NCBI GenBank assembly: GCA_046301955.1
Contig: JBKCJE010000076.1
Coordinates: 2,902-66,901, forward strand
Reading direction: 5' to 3'
DNA from: Bacteroidota bacterium
Lineage (GTDB): Bacteria; Bacteroidota; Bacteroidia; NS11-12g; UBA955
DNA length: 64,000 bases
The notes beneath the pieces are model-generated. The model saw only the letters and a list, made by a program, of their open reading frames with translations. It made no database searches and had not been told where the DNA came from. Below, one piece after another: positions 10,140-19,213 of this stretch (position 1 is the stretch's first letter; every line of letters starts with the position of its first letter). The position numbers and the translations under genes were made by a program.

Positions 10140-11249
10140 ATGAGCAAGAGAGATTATTATGACGTGCTAGGGGTTTCGCGGAGTTCATCGGCCGAGGAGA
10201 TCAAAAAAGCATACCGGAAATTGGCGATCAAATTCCACCCTGATAAGAATCCGGGCGACAAAGAAGCTGAGGAGAATTTCAAGGAGGCGGCTGAGGCCTA
10301 TGATGTGTTGAGTAACCCAGATAAAAAGCAGCGCTACGATCAATTTGGTCATGCGGGTATGGGTGCTGGCGGCGGTGGCGGGGCTCATGGATTTAGCATG
10401 GACGATATTTTCTCTCAATTTGGGGATGTTTTTGGGGATGACGGCGTGTTTGGCTCTTTCTTCGGTGGGGGTGGCGGCGGTCGCTCAAGGCGTTCAGTAG
10501 GATCTAACATCCGCATCAAAATCAAATTGACGTTGCCCGAGATGAAGTCTGGGGTTGAGAAAACGGTGAAGTACCGCAGGATGGTTCAAGCCGAGGGTGT
10601 GAAATACGCCACGTGTAAGCAATGTAATGGATCGGGTGCTGTGCGCCGTGTTCAGAATACTTTCTTGGGTCAGATGGCCACCAATAGTCCCTGTCCGGTT
10701 TGTTCTGGTATGGGTAAGATGATTGAAAGCAAACCCAAAGATGCCAATGAGCAGGGATTGATTTCGCAGGAGATTGAGACGAGTATTCGCATCCCTGGTG
10801 GTGTGGCTGAGGGAATGCAGTTGAGCATGAATGGCAAGGGCAACTACGGTGCCGGCGGCGGAGCCGCCGGGGACCTGATCGTTTTGGTGGAAGGCATCCC
10901 CCACGATGAATTAACCCGTGAAGACAACAATGTCATCTTTCATTTGTGGTTGAGCTTCACCCAAGCCACCCTCGGTGATAGTGTAGAAGTGCCAACCCTC
11001 GATGGCAAAGTAAGAATCAAAATAGACGCCGGTACACAGCCAGGGAAAATGCTGCGCCTGAAAGGCAAAGGGTTCCCCGATTTGAATGGCTACGGCACCG
11101 GTGATCAATTGGTGGTGCTCAATGTTTACGTACCAACCAAGGTGAGCTCAGAAGAAAAAGCTATGTTGGAAAAATTGAATGAATCTGACAATTTTAAACC
11201 ATCGGCAAAAGAGAAATCGTTCTTCGACAAATTGAAAGATTTGTTCTAA
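10140..11249 (+). CDS. dnaJ: Molecular chaperone DnaJ
   Basis: J domain ([10 protein letters not shown]...HPDKN), a G/F-rich linker, and CxxCxGxG zinc fingers ([16 protein letters not shown]). Confidence 0.95.
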   Translation: MSKRDYYDVLGVSRSSSAEEIKKAYRKLAIKFHPDKNPGDKEAEENFKEAAEAYDVLSNPDKKQRYDQFGHAGMGAGGGGGAHGFSMDDIFSQFGDVFGDDGVFGSFFGGGGGGRSRRSVGSNIRIKIKLTLPEMKSGVEKTVKYRRMVQAEGVKYATCKQCNGSGAVRRVQNTFLGQMATNSPCPVCSGMGKMIESKPKDANEQGLISQEIETSIRIPGGVAEGMQLSMNGKGNYGAGGGAAGDLIVLVEGIPHDELTREDNNVIFHLWLSFTQATLGDSVEVPTLDGKVRIKIDAGTQPGKMLRLKGKGFPDLNGYGTGDQLVVLNVYVPTKVSSEEKAMLEKLNESDNFKPSAKEKSFFDKLKDLF

Positions 11250-11382
11250 ATCGGTCTGCTTGACGTCAGTGTTGCGTCATAAATAACCATAAATCATCTA
11301 AACGCTTGGGGGACGCTATAAACGGCATCCCCTATTTTTATTTAGTGATTTGTTGTGCGGAAAATTGGATTATTTTGCGGGC

Positions 11383-13668
11383 ATGTTGAGAAACTGGACA
11401 AAGTGGGCTTGGAATAGCGCATTCTGGGTAGGTGTATTGGGTCTGTCGGCGCTACCATTGCGCGCTCAAACAGGTCAACCGAAGGTTGATTTCGACCGTT
11501 ATTCGGGACTCATGTGCGAAGGTGAATTGCCCTCGGATTTCAAAGAAACCCCCGTCGAAAAAGCCCGCAAAGCAGAGTCAGAGGTTTGGAACAAAGAACT
11601 CGAACGCGACGAGAGGTTGCAAGAAAAAGAGCATGCCGTTCGCTCAGTTTTCGGTGTAGACGAGATTCTAATGTCGGGCAGAGTCCTCTACGGAGACCCC
11701 CTCTCAACCTTCGTTGAGTCGGTGGCCGAGAAATTACTCAAAGCCAACGATCGCGAAGATTTGCTGAATGAGCTTCGGTTCTATGTATTGAAATCGCAAG
11801 AGGTAAATGCCTATGCAACCAGCAATGGGGTGGTGATGGTTACGGTTGGACTATTGAGCAGGATTGAGAACGAGAGTCAGTTGGCGTTCATCTTGGCCCA
11901 CGAGATTCAACATTACACCCAAAAACATTCCTTGCAACAGTACAAACAGCGCTTCGAACAGAACAAACAGAAGGGAAAGCGCGATGAAGATGAAGCAATT
12001 AAGGCGTTTTATAAGTTTTCCAAGGATCATGAAATGGAGGCCGATGAAAAGGGCTTTCAAATGATGTTGCGTTCGGGCTACGATTTGGTGGAGGGTGTTT
12101 TTGTGTTCGACATGTTGAAATACGGCGATTTTCCATTTCTGGAAATGAAATTGTCGCTTGACTCCTTTGAACATCATGCGTATGTGTTTCCTAAAACCTT
12201 GAAAGATGTCGTAGCGCAAAAAGTGGAAGCTGCGGAAATTGAGGATCAAAAGTTTTTGGTTTCACTGGGCGATGATGCCAATACAACCCACCCTAGTTTG
12301 GATCGGCGTGTGGTGCGCTTGCGCGATATGATTGATGGTGAGCCGAAAAAGACGAGGGCATTCTTTTTGGTTGGCGAGGATCGGTTCAAGTCAATGCAGA
12401 AGGTGGCACGTCACGAGTTGTTGTTGATTTACACCCGTCGAGCTGATTTTGGACAATTGTTCTACCTAACCCATGTGATGCGGAAATTGTATGGGGAATC
12501 GGTGTTTTTTGATCGGATGGAGGCGATGTCACTTTACGGGTTATTGCTCCACAAGTCCAAGGAGCATGAGTTGAATCGATATGGGTGCAATTTGACAGAG
12601 ACACGGGGCGATTGGCGTCCGTTAATTGCGGGTTTGCGAGAATTGGATTTGCGCGGGTTGGGCGCTTTTGTGGCGATGCGAATGTGGGTGATTGCGTCTA
12701 GGGAAGGTGCCGATGATAACATGGTGAATCGTTTGGGTAAGGCGGGGTTCGAATTGGTGCAAGGTGCATGTAATTTTAGGCTACAAGATTTTGTAGACTA
12801 TTTACCGGCTGAAGAGGCTGCGAAGTTGGATAGTACCTTGGTGAAGACGGAGGGCGGTGAGGCAGGATTGCGGAATCCGCGGTCCAGGGTTGCGCGAAGC
12901 AGGGCCGCGAACGTAGTGAGCGGCGATTATTTCATGGCTATCTATTATGGACTGCTGAACAGAGATTCACTGCAAGCCTATTTGGGTCAAATGCGCGTGT
13001 TCTCTGCGAGTGTCTCATCGAATACCACCATATCGTCAAGAAAAAAAAATAGTTTCAAAGGGCTACAGAAATTTCATCACTTGGTGCTGTTGGAACCCAA
13101 TGTAAACCGCTCAGTGGGCAATGAAGATAAGTCTGACAGAGATCCATTTGAAGAAGCCATGTTGCGAGAGCAGCTGACAGGGTATTGGAAGAAATTTGGC
13201 AAAGAATTGGATGTGGTTGTGGATGTTTTGCCTGCCACACCGGGTTCCCAAGGCCTCAATACAGAATTGGTGAATCGACAGATGATTGTCAACGATTGGA
13301 TGATGGAGCGAATCAACAACGACACCCAATCGATGATATTGTATGGGTCTCAAAGTATTGCCGGGGCGATGGGCGGTGTAGAAAATCGTTATTTGGCGTG
13401 GACCGCAGTCGAGTCAACGAAGTATCGAAGGCGTTTCAATCCCTTGAATTTGGTCATTTCCATGGTTTTGTATCCAGCACTGCCCTATTATCTGTATTGG
13501 CAGTTGTCTTCGGAACGAACTTTTGAGGAGTTTTTGTTGGTGTATGATGTGAGTGATGGAAAATTGATTCATGTAAAAGAGCGTGAATTTGCGCACCATT
13601 GGCGGAGTGATTTTGTGAAGTCGAGGGTATATAACAATGTGTATTACTTAATCCATGGGGGGAAATAA
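11383..13668 (+). CDS. M48-family zinc metallopeptidase with long uncharacterised C-terminal extension
   Basis: The track ORF begins at TTG 11350. ATG 11383 yields a signal peptide ending ALPLRAQ. HEIQH zinc motif plus downstream EMEADEKG. The C-terminal ~430 aa carry no recognisable motif. Confidence 0.7.
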   Translation: MLRNWTKWAWNSAFWVGVLGLSALPLRAQTGQPKVDFDRYSGLMCEGELPSDFKETPVEKARKAESEVWNKELERDERLQEKEHAVRSVFGVDEILMSGRVLYGDPLSTFVESVAEKLLKANDREDLLNELRFYVLKSQEVNAYATSNGVVMVTVGLLSRIENESQLAFILAHEIQHYTQKHSLQQYKQRFEQNKQKGKRDEDEAIKAFYKFSKDHEMEADEKGFQMMLRSGYDLVEGVFVFDMLKYGDFPFLEMKLSLDSFEHHAYVFPKTLKDVVAQKVEAAEIEDQKFLVSLGDDANTTHPSLDRRVVRLRDMIDGEPKKTRAFFLVGEDRFKSMQKVARHELLLIYTRRADFGQLFYLTHVMRKLYGESVFFDRMEAMSLYGLLLHKSKEHELNRYGCNLTETRGDWRPLIAGLRELDLRGLGAFVAMRMWVIASREGADDNMVNRLGKAGFELVQGACNFRLQDFVDYLPAEEAAKLDSTLVKTEGGEAGLRNPRSRVARSRAANVVSGDYFMAIYYGLLNRDSLQAYLGQMRVFSASVSSNTTISSRKKNSFKGLQKFHHLVLLEPNVNRSVGNEDKSDRDPFEEAMLREQLTGYWKKFGKELDVVVDVLPATPGSQGLNTELVNRQMIVNDWMMERINNDTQSMILYGSQSIAGAMGGVENRYLAWTAVESTKYRRRFNPLNLVISMVLYPALPYYLYWQLSSERTFEEFLLVYDVSDGKLIHVKEREFAHHWRSDFVKSRVYNNVYYLIHGGK

Positions 13669-13669
13669 T

Positions 13670-14485
13670 ATGAGAAAAATATTTTTATTGGTGTTGGGCT
13701 GTTTGGGTTTCTCGTCGTTGGTAACGGCGGATGTGACTGCGAACGGGGGAACTACACCTCCTTTCAATCCGGGTTACCTGGGCCGGAGGCAGGCACTTAC
13801 TGTGCAAACGGTGACCAATTTTGCGGGTCTCTTCAGGACGCCAACGCGGTATCAAAACAATTTCGCGTTCATGTATGAGATTTCATTGAATTCCTCACTT
13901 TCGTATCAGTTTGGATATAAGGGTTACAACAGAAGCGTGGGAGACGGTGATTGGGAAGATTATGATATTCATGTTGTGGAACCAGGAACAATTTGGAGTA
14001 ACGACAAGGTGTATCAAGCCTCGGGAGAGATGGATTTTAACTACAAAGAATTTACGGTTGGAGTGAAAAACTACTTGGGTTCTACAGGTGCAACTGCACC
14101 CTATGGCGGATACGTATTGGCCAATGTGAATTATGGCTTGGTCAATTGTGAGTCGAACAATTTGCATTGGAGGAAGCTGTATTCCTCTTCCTCATGGGAT
14201 ACTTTGGCGCCCGTTGGTAATTCTGGTGTGTCTTCGAGCATCGTGTCCATTTCCTATGGATTTGGTACACGCAACATGATTACGGATCAATTGGGCGTGG
14301 TATTTGAGGCAACATCGGGATTAACGTTGCTCAATTCAGCGGGTTTGAATTTGTATGTCATTGACACATATAGTAGTGGTTATGATCGAACAACGCAACA
14401 AGAGGTAATGACGAGTGTGATGTTGCGTGAGATTCACAAATCGCAGTGGATTCAGTTGAAGTTGGGTTTGAGTTATTTATTTTAA
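13670..14485 (+). CDS. Hypothetical outer-membrane beta-barrel protein
   Basis: ATG lies 2 nt after the M48 stop. Signal peptide present. Beta-strand-rich Gly/Tyr/Asn/Ser composition. C-terminal LGLSYLF ends in the aromatic residue typical of OM barrels. Confidence 0.5.
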   Translation: MRKIFLLVLGCLGFSSLVTADVTANGGTTPPFNPGYLGRRQALTVQTVTNFAGLFRTPTRYQNNFAFMYEISLNSSLSYQFGYKGYNRSVGDGDWEDYDIHVVEPGTIWSNDKVYQASGEMDFNYKEFTVGVKNYLGSTGATAPYGGYVLANVNYGLVNCESNNLHWRKLYSSSSWDTLAPVGNSGVSSSIVSISYGFGTRNMITDQLGVVFEATSGLTLLNSAGLNLYVIDTYSSGYDRTTQQEVMTSVMLREIHKSQWIQLKLGLSYLF

Positions 14486-14549
14486 ATAGGCATCGTATTC
14501 TGCAGTAATATGGTTTTGATGCCTTGAAGGTTGAACGAATGTCTATGAT

Positions 14550-14589
14550 AAAAGAGAGGGCCTCGTTTCAAACGAGGCCCTCTCTTTTT
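14550..14589. terminator. Bidirectional intrinsic terminator, member of a repeated stem family
   Basis: AAAAGAGAGGGCCTCG-tttcaaa-CGAGGCCCTCTCTTTT lies between convergent genes. The same stem sequence recurs at 21450..21490. Confidence 0.7.
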
Positions 14590-14668
14590 GGAGCTAGCTC
14601 CTATATACTGGTAATCTGGTTGACAGCCCCGGCCCTGCCGAGACTGTTTCCCCTTTAGCGCTGTTGGA

Positions 14669-15889
14669 TTATGCCAAACGCGCTTTTAGTTCGCTATTCA
14701 GTGCTTCCAAGAAATCCTCGGTGTACAGGTACTGATCCTCAGATACTTTGTTACCATAGATACAAACCGCCAAATCTTTGGTCATTTTGCCACTTTCTAC
14801 AACATCCACGCAAACTTGTTCGAGGGTTTGACAGAAATTGATGAGGGCTTCGTTGCCATCGAGACGACCTCTGTGCTCCAAACCACGTGTCCAAGCAAAA
14901 ATGCTCGCAATGGGGTTGGTTGAAGTTTTTTGTCCCTTTTGGTGTTGGCGGTAGTGACGTGTAACGGTACCGTGTGCAGCTTCGGCTTCCATGGTTTTGC
15001 CGTCTGGAGTAACCAATACACTGGTCATCAATCCCAATGAACCGAAACCTTGTGCTACTGTATCCGACTGAACATCTCCATCGTAGTTCTTACAAGCCCA
15101 AACGAAGTTTCCGTTCCACTTCAATGCTGAAGCAACCATGTCGTCGATCAAACGATGCTCATACGTGATACCTGCGGCATCCATGGTAGCTTTAAATTCT
15201 GTTTGGTAAATGTCTTCGAATATGTCCTTGAAACGACCATCGTATTTCTTGAGGATGGTGTTTTTTGTGCTCAAGTATAAAGGCCAGCCTTTCGCAATGG
15301 CTTGGTTGAAACAAGAGCGAGCAAATCCTTTGATACTCTCATCGGTATTGTACATCGCCAAAGCAACACCATCGCCTTTGAAATTGTATACTTCGTGCTC
15401 GATCACTTGTCCGTCTTCACCTTCGAATTTGATGGTCAATTTACCTTTGCCTTTGGTTACGAAATCAGTGGCGCGGTATTGATCACCGAATGCGTGGCGG
15501 CCGATACAGATGGGGGCTGTCCAATTGGGAACCAAGCGAGGTACGTTTTTGCAGACGATGGGCTCGCGGAATACGGTTCCGTCCAAGATATTACGAATGG
15601 TTCCGTTTGGGCTCTTCCACATTTGCTTCAAGCCAAATTCTTCCACACGTCCTTCATCAGGGGTGATGGTAGCGCACTTGATTCCTACGTTATATTGTTT
15701 GATGGCTTCAGCTGCATCAATCGTTACTTGGTCGTTGGTGGCATCGCGGTGTTCCATGCCCAAGTCGAAATATTTGATATCAACGTCAAGGTAAGGAAGG
15801 ATTAATTTGTCTTTGATGAAGTGCCAAATGATGCGGGTCATTTCATCACCATCAAGCTCTACTACGGGGTTGGCTACTTTAATTTTCAT
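14669..15889 (-). CDS. icd: NADP-dependent isocitrate dehydrogenase (type II, eukaryote-like homodimeric)
   Basis: [23 protein letters not shown]-terminus. 406 aa. The characteristic type-II IDH sequence runs through the whole protein. Confidence 0.95.
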   Translation of the reverse strand: MKIKVANPVVELDGDEMTRIIWHFIKDKLILPYLDVDIKYFDLGMEHRDATNDQVTIDAAEAIKQYNVGIKCATITPDEGRVEEFGLKQMWKSPNGTIRNILDGTVFREPIVCKNVPRLVPNWTAPICIGRHAFGDQYRATDFVTKGKGKLTIKFEGEDGQVIEHEVYNFKGDGVALAMYNTDESIKGFARSCFNQAIAKGWPLYLSTKNTILKKYDGRFKDIFEDIYQTEFKATMDAAGITYEHRLIDDMVASALKWNGNFVWACKNYDGDVQSDTVAQGFGSLGLMTSVLVTPDGKTMEAEAAHGTVTRHYRQHQKGQKTSTNPIASIFAWTRGLEHRGRLDGNEALINFCQTLEQVCVDVVESGKMTKDLAVCIYGNKVSEDQYLYTEDFLEALNSELKARLA

Positions 15890-15915
15890 GAATATTGAGT
15901 CAGAATTTCGTGGTG

Positions 15916-15923
15916 CAAAGTTA
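15916..15923 (-). promoter_or_regulatory. -7 promoter box TAACTTTG for icd
   Basis: Minus-strand TAnnTTTG 26 nt upstream of the icd ATG, in the menB-icd spacer. Confidence 0.4.
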
Positions 15924-15939
15924 ATGTTTTTCTGTGGTA

Positions 15940-16761
15940 TTAAGGGAACTTGGGAAACTGCTGGAAATCGGGTGTGCGCTTTTCCAAAAAGGCGTGTTTG
16001 CCTTCTTGGGCTTCTTCGGTTAGGTAGTAAAGCAAGGTGGCATCACCGGCCAGTTCCATGAGGCCGTGCTGACCATCGAGCTCCGCATTGAAGGCGCGCT
16101 TGAGCATACGCAAGGCCATGGGAGACCGCTCCAACATGGTGTTACACCAATCGATGGTTTCGTCTTCGAGCATTTCCAAGGGAACCACTTTGTTCACCAT
16201 GCCCATTTTTTCCGATTCTTCTGCGGTGTATTGGCGGCAAAGAAACCAAATTTCGCGGGCTTTCTTTTGACCTACGTGGCGGGCCAAATAGCTGCTGCCG
16301 AATCCGCCATCGAAGCTTCCCACTTTGGGGCCGGTTTGTCCGAATTTGGCATGTTCTGCGGCAATGGTTAGATCGCAAATTACGTGAAGTACGTGTCCGC
16401 CGCCGATGGCATAGCCGTTCACCATCGCAACAACGGGTTTTGGTAGTGAGCGGATTTTTTTATGTAGGTCTAGGACGTTCAAACGGGGTACACCATTGTC
16501 GTCTACGTATCCTCCAATGCCTTTTACATTTTGATCGCCGCCAGAGCAGAATGCTTTATCGCCCACACCAGTGAGGATGACTACGCCGATATCGGGGCGC
16601 TCGCGGCAGATGTCGAAAGCATCCAACATGTCCATCACAGTTTGCGGACGGAAGGCGTTGTATACTTCAGGACGGTTGATGCTCACCTTGGCGATGTTGC
16701 CGTGCTGTTCAAACAGGATGTCTGAATAGGTTTTGATGGAGTTCCATTGACGTGGGTTCAT
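15940..16761 (-). CDS. menB: 1,4-dihydroxy-2-naphthoyl-CoA synthase
   Basis: Track ORF trimmed to ATG 16761. Crotonase fold with [21 protein letters not shown] and C-terminal [18 protein letters not shown]. Confidence 0.9.
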   Translation of the reverse strand: MNPRQWNSIKTYSDILFEQHGNIAKVSINRPEVYNAFRPQTVMDMLDAFDICRERPDIGVVILTGVGDKAFCSGGDQNVKGIGGYVDDNGVPRLNVLDLHKKIRSLPKPVVAMVNGYAIGGGHVLHVICDLTIAAEHAKFGQTGPKVGSFDGGFGSSYLARHVGQKKAREIWFLCRQYTAEESEKMGMVNKVVPLEMLEDETIDWCNTMLERSPMALRMLKRAFNAELDGQHGLMELAGDATLLYYLTEEAQEGKHAFLEKRTPDFQQFPKFP

Positions 16762-16778
16762 GGCTGTTGCTGTTACTG

Positions 16779-16786
16779 CAAAGATA
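16779..16786 (-). promoter_or_regulatory. -7 promoter box TATCTTTG for menB
   Basis: Minus-strand TAnnTTTG 17 nt upstream of ATG 16761. This supports the trimmed start. Confidence 0.4.
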
Positions 16787-16810
16787 CGAAAAACGGGTGG
16801 GTCTTCCACG

Positions 16811-16836
16811 AAAAAAGCCCCGTCATCGACGAGGCT
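16811..16836 (-). terminator. Intrinsic terminator after the ECF-module OMP gene
   Basis: The minus strand reads AGCCTCGTC-gat-GACGGGGCT followed by TTTTTT, with one mismatch in the stem. Confidence 0.45.
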
Positions 16837-16877
16837 TAGTTCGGTTAAACCAACATAAATAGCCTATGTGGAATGTC

Positions 16878-17798
16878 TTAACTCATCTTCAGCGTGATGC
16901 CGAATTGAACGGATTGTGTGCTGGCTCCCTGTCCGCTCTTGAACAAATTGGTCAACGGATAGCGCATATAAAGGCCCATATCGCCGTAGTTTACATTAAC
17001 AAAAGGCGATAGGTAAAAATCGTTCAAGTTGAAATCGTCGAATTGTTTTTCAACGTTACCACCCGATTGCTTAATCTTGGTATGGGTTCTAACCCTATAT
17101 CCAGCATGCACGCCCACTTTTGCGCTGAATTTGGAATTGTCGCCAGGTTTGTCTTGGAACCCCAAGGAAACTGGAATGCCAATGTAATTGCTCACGACTT
17201 TGGACTTTTCTACCGGAATGGGGTCAATTAATGGGCCGCCCACTTCAACTGCCGTAAATTCGGGCTGGTCTTGGATGAGGCGGGTGTAATTGTTTTGGAA
17301 ACGGTAGTTGTGAATGTCGTACCGAATGCCGGTAAATACGCGCACTTTTCCGCGAATGAGGTTGAATCCCCACTGTTGCTCTATGCCGAAATGGATGCTC
17401 TTGGCATTGCTGAGTTCTGGAAGGAAATTGGATTGATCGCCCATTTGAGTGGGGTTGGTTTTCATCTCCGATTCGTTGATTATTTGGGTGTTGTATCCCC
17501 AGTATTGTCGGGTTTCTTCGATGGTGGCTTTGGGTTTGCGTTTACGCTTTACCATGCGATAGGTGTCTCGCTCAATGATCTCAATTTCTACTTCGTTGAT
17601 TCCATCTTTGATTTCAACTTTGAGATCTTTGGCCTCGTCTTTGATTTCCTTTTTGATTTCGCGGATTACTTCGCTAATCAAGCTATCAGTAATGGAAATT
17701 AGGGTGTCTACCGATGTAGTATCCATGGTTTGGGCTTTCAAAAACGGCGCACCGCTCAACAGGGCCAACAGGGTTGCAATGATGGTTTTTTGTATCAT
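16878..17798 (-). CDS. Hypothetical outer-membrane beta-barrel protein with Lys/Glu-rich linker
   Basis: Signal peptide (LLALLSGAPFLKAQ). EIK-type charged repeats (EVIREIKKEIKDEAKDLKVEIKD). A beta-strand-rich C-terminal ~200 aa. Third gene after the ECF sigma and anti-sigma genes. Confidence 0.55.
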   Translation of the reverse strand: MIQKTIIATLLALLSGAPFLKAQTMDTTSVDTLISITDSLISEVIREIKKEIKDEAKDLKVEIKDGINEVEIEIIERDTYRMVKRKRKPKATIEETRQYWGYNTQIINESEMKTNPTQMGDQSNFLPELSNAKSIHFGIEQQWGFNLIRGKVRVFTGIRYDIHNYRFQNNYTRLIQDQPEFTAVEVGGPLIDPIPVEKSKVVSNYIGIPVSLGFQDKPGDNSKFSAKVGVHAGYRVRTHTKIKQSGGNVEKQFDDFNLNDFYLSPFVNVNYGDMGLYMRYPLTNLFKSGQGASTQSVQFGITLKMS

Positions 17799-17820
17799 GG
17801 TTGAAGGGTTTTTGGGATGA

Positions 17821-18645
17821 TTATGGGTTAAATGAAGTCAATATTACGTTGTTTTCGAGGGTGAGTCCCACTTGGAATTCAGGCATCCAATCGGCGTCGT
17901 TGTTCACGGTTTTTACTTTCACGTGCGGTAGATGACCGTTCTCTACCATTCTCCGCGCATCCAAATAGAAGGATTTCAGCAATTCTTTTCTGGTTTTTTG
18001 CTGGGCGATGCTGGGCGATGGCCTGTCGTTTTGGGCGAGCACAATCGCTGATTTGTTGGGAGAAGGTTTGCGGGTATTCACGCTGTCGTTGATGTTGCGC
18101 ACTTTTCGAATGGGTTCAGTGGCTGCAATCAACGGGTGGATATCTTGTTTGTTGGGATTCTCTGTAACAGTGGATGTTGTTTCCCAAGTTTGTTTCTGCT
18201 GGGTTCGATCCACAAGGGTTGCAACGTTTTGCTTGGTTCCTTGACGATTGAGTGACGGTTTTGGTGGCGCTGATTCTGTGTTTGAAGGCGTTGTTATGTC
18301 AACCGAAGGACTTGTTTTTGCTATTTGTGATTGTATCGGGGCGATGTTCTGCGTGGCGATACTGGCTTTGAAGAACCACAGAATGACGAGGGAGGCCGCG
18401 ACCGACATCGAAGCATAGAACAGCACAGTGCGGTTGGAAGTCTTCTTTTTCAGCAACGGGGCATCGGGGTAAAGTGTGGTGGTAGGTTGCAAATAGGTTT
18501 GAGCCAAGGCCTCATAATGGGCTTTCAGATTGGCATCGCCGTGCATCGCTTGGTGTAATTCTGAGGCAGCCGTTTTGGATAAATTGCCTTCCAACAGTTC
18601 AAACAACTGCCACGCTTGCTCGTCGGTGATGGGAGATGGTTTCAT
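17821..18645 (-). CDS. Putative anti-sigma factor (single-pass membrane protein)
   Basis: ATG 18645 lies 5 nt after the ECF sigma stop. Cytoplasmic domain of ~60 aa, one TM helix (VLFYASMSVAASLVILWFF), an S/T/P/Q-rich linker and a small C-terminal domain. The call rests on position and topology only. Confidence 0.45.
   Translation of the reverse strand: MKPSPITDEQAWQLFELLEGNLSKTAASELHQAMHGDANLKAHYEALAQTYLQPTTTLYPDAPLLKKKTSNRTVLFYASMSVAASLVILWFFKASIATQNIAPIQSQIAKTSPSVDITTPSNTESAPPKPSLNRQGTKQNVATLVDRTQQKQTWETTSTVTENPNKQDIHPLIAATEPIRKVRNINDSVNTRKPSPNKSAIVLAQNDRPSPSIAQQKTRKELLKSFYLDARRMVENGHLPHVKVKTVNNDADWMPEFQVGLTLENNVILTSFNP
18001..18020. repeat. Perfect tandem duplication of a 10-mer (CTGGGCGATG x2) inside the anti-sigma CDS
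   Basis: Read directly: ctgggcgatgctgggcgatg. Confidence 0.9.
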
Positions 18646-18649
18646 GGTG

Positions 18650-19141
18650 TTAGATGAGGTTGTTGGGGTTGCCGATAATGTCTTTGAGTGCTTGTCGGCC
18701 ACGGAAGATATTCACCTTCACTTGGGCTTCGTTGAGTCCGGTGATTTCGCCGATTTCCGCATAGGAGTAGCCTTCGTAATCGCGCAGTAAAATCACGGTT
18801 CTTTGGATTTGACTGATTTGTGAGAGGGCTTTTTCCAAGGATTCCATCAGGCCGGTGTAGGCAGAGGCTTCGGTGGTGGGGTGTTTTGCGTGTGCTAAAT
18901 TGTGGATGTCTTCTGTGGGTTTTTGCGCGCGCCAGATGTCTACCATGCTGTGATAGGCCGTTGTGAACAGGTAGCTCTTTGCGGTGTCTATGTTTACAGT
19001 ATTGCGTTTCATCCAGAGTTTTTCGAAGGTTATTTGTACAATTTCTTTGGCGTCATCGGGGTTGCGTAACTGTTTGAGCGCGAATCGGAAAACCGCATTG
19101 CTGTGGAGATCCACGCACTTGTTATAATCCGATACCGTCAT
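18650..19141 (-). CDS. ECF-type RNA polymerase sigma-70 factor
   Basis: Region 2 (FTTAYHSMVDIWR) and region 4 HTH (GYSYAEIGEITGLNEAQVKVNIFRGRQAL). 163 aa. Confidence 0.85.
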   Translation of the reverse strand: MTVSDYNKCVDLHSNAVFRFALKQLRNPDDAKEIVQITFEKLWMKRNTVNIDTAKSYLFTTAYHSMVDIWRAQKPTEDIHNLAHAKHPTTEASAYTGLMESLEKALSQISQIQRTVILLRDYEGYSYAEIGEITGLNEAQVKVNIFRGRQALKDIIGNPNNLI

Positions 19142-19184
19142 GCAGCTGTTTGTTAATACGCGAAAGGGATGCCAAAAGTTACAT

Positions 19185-19192
19185 TACCTTTG
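19185..19192 (+). promoter_or_regulatory. -7 promoter box TACCTTTG for the methyltransferase gene
   Basis: TAnnTTTG 21 nt upstream of ATG 19214 and downstream of the track start 19169. Confidence 0.45.
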
Positions 19193-19213
19193 ATAAATAA
19201 TTTGAAAGTGGGT

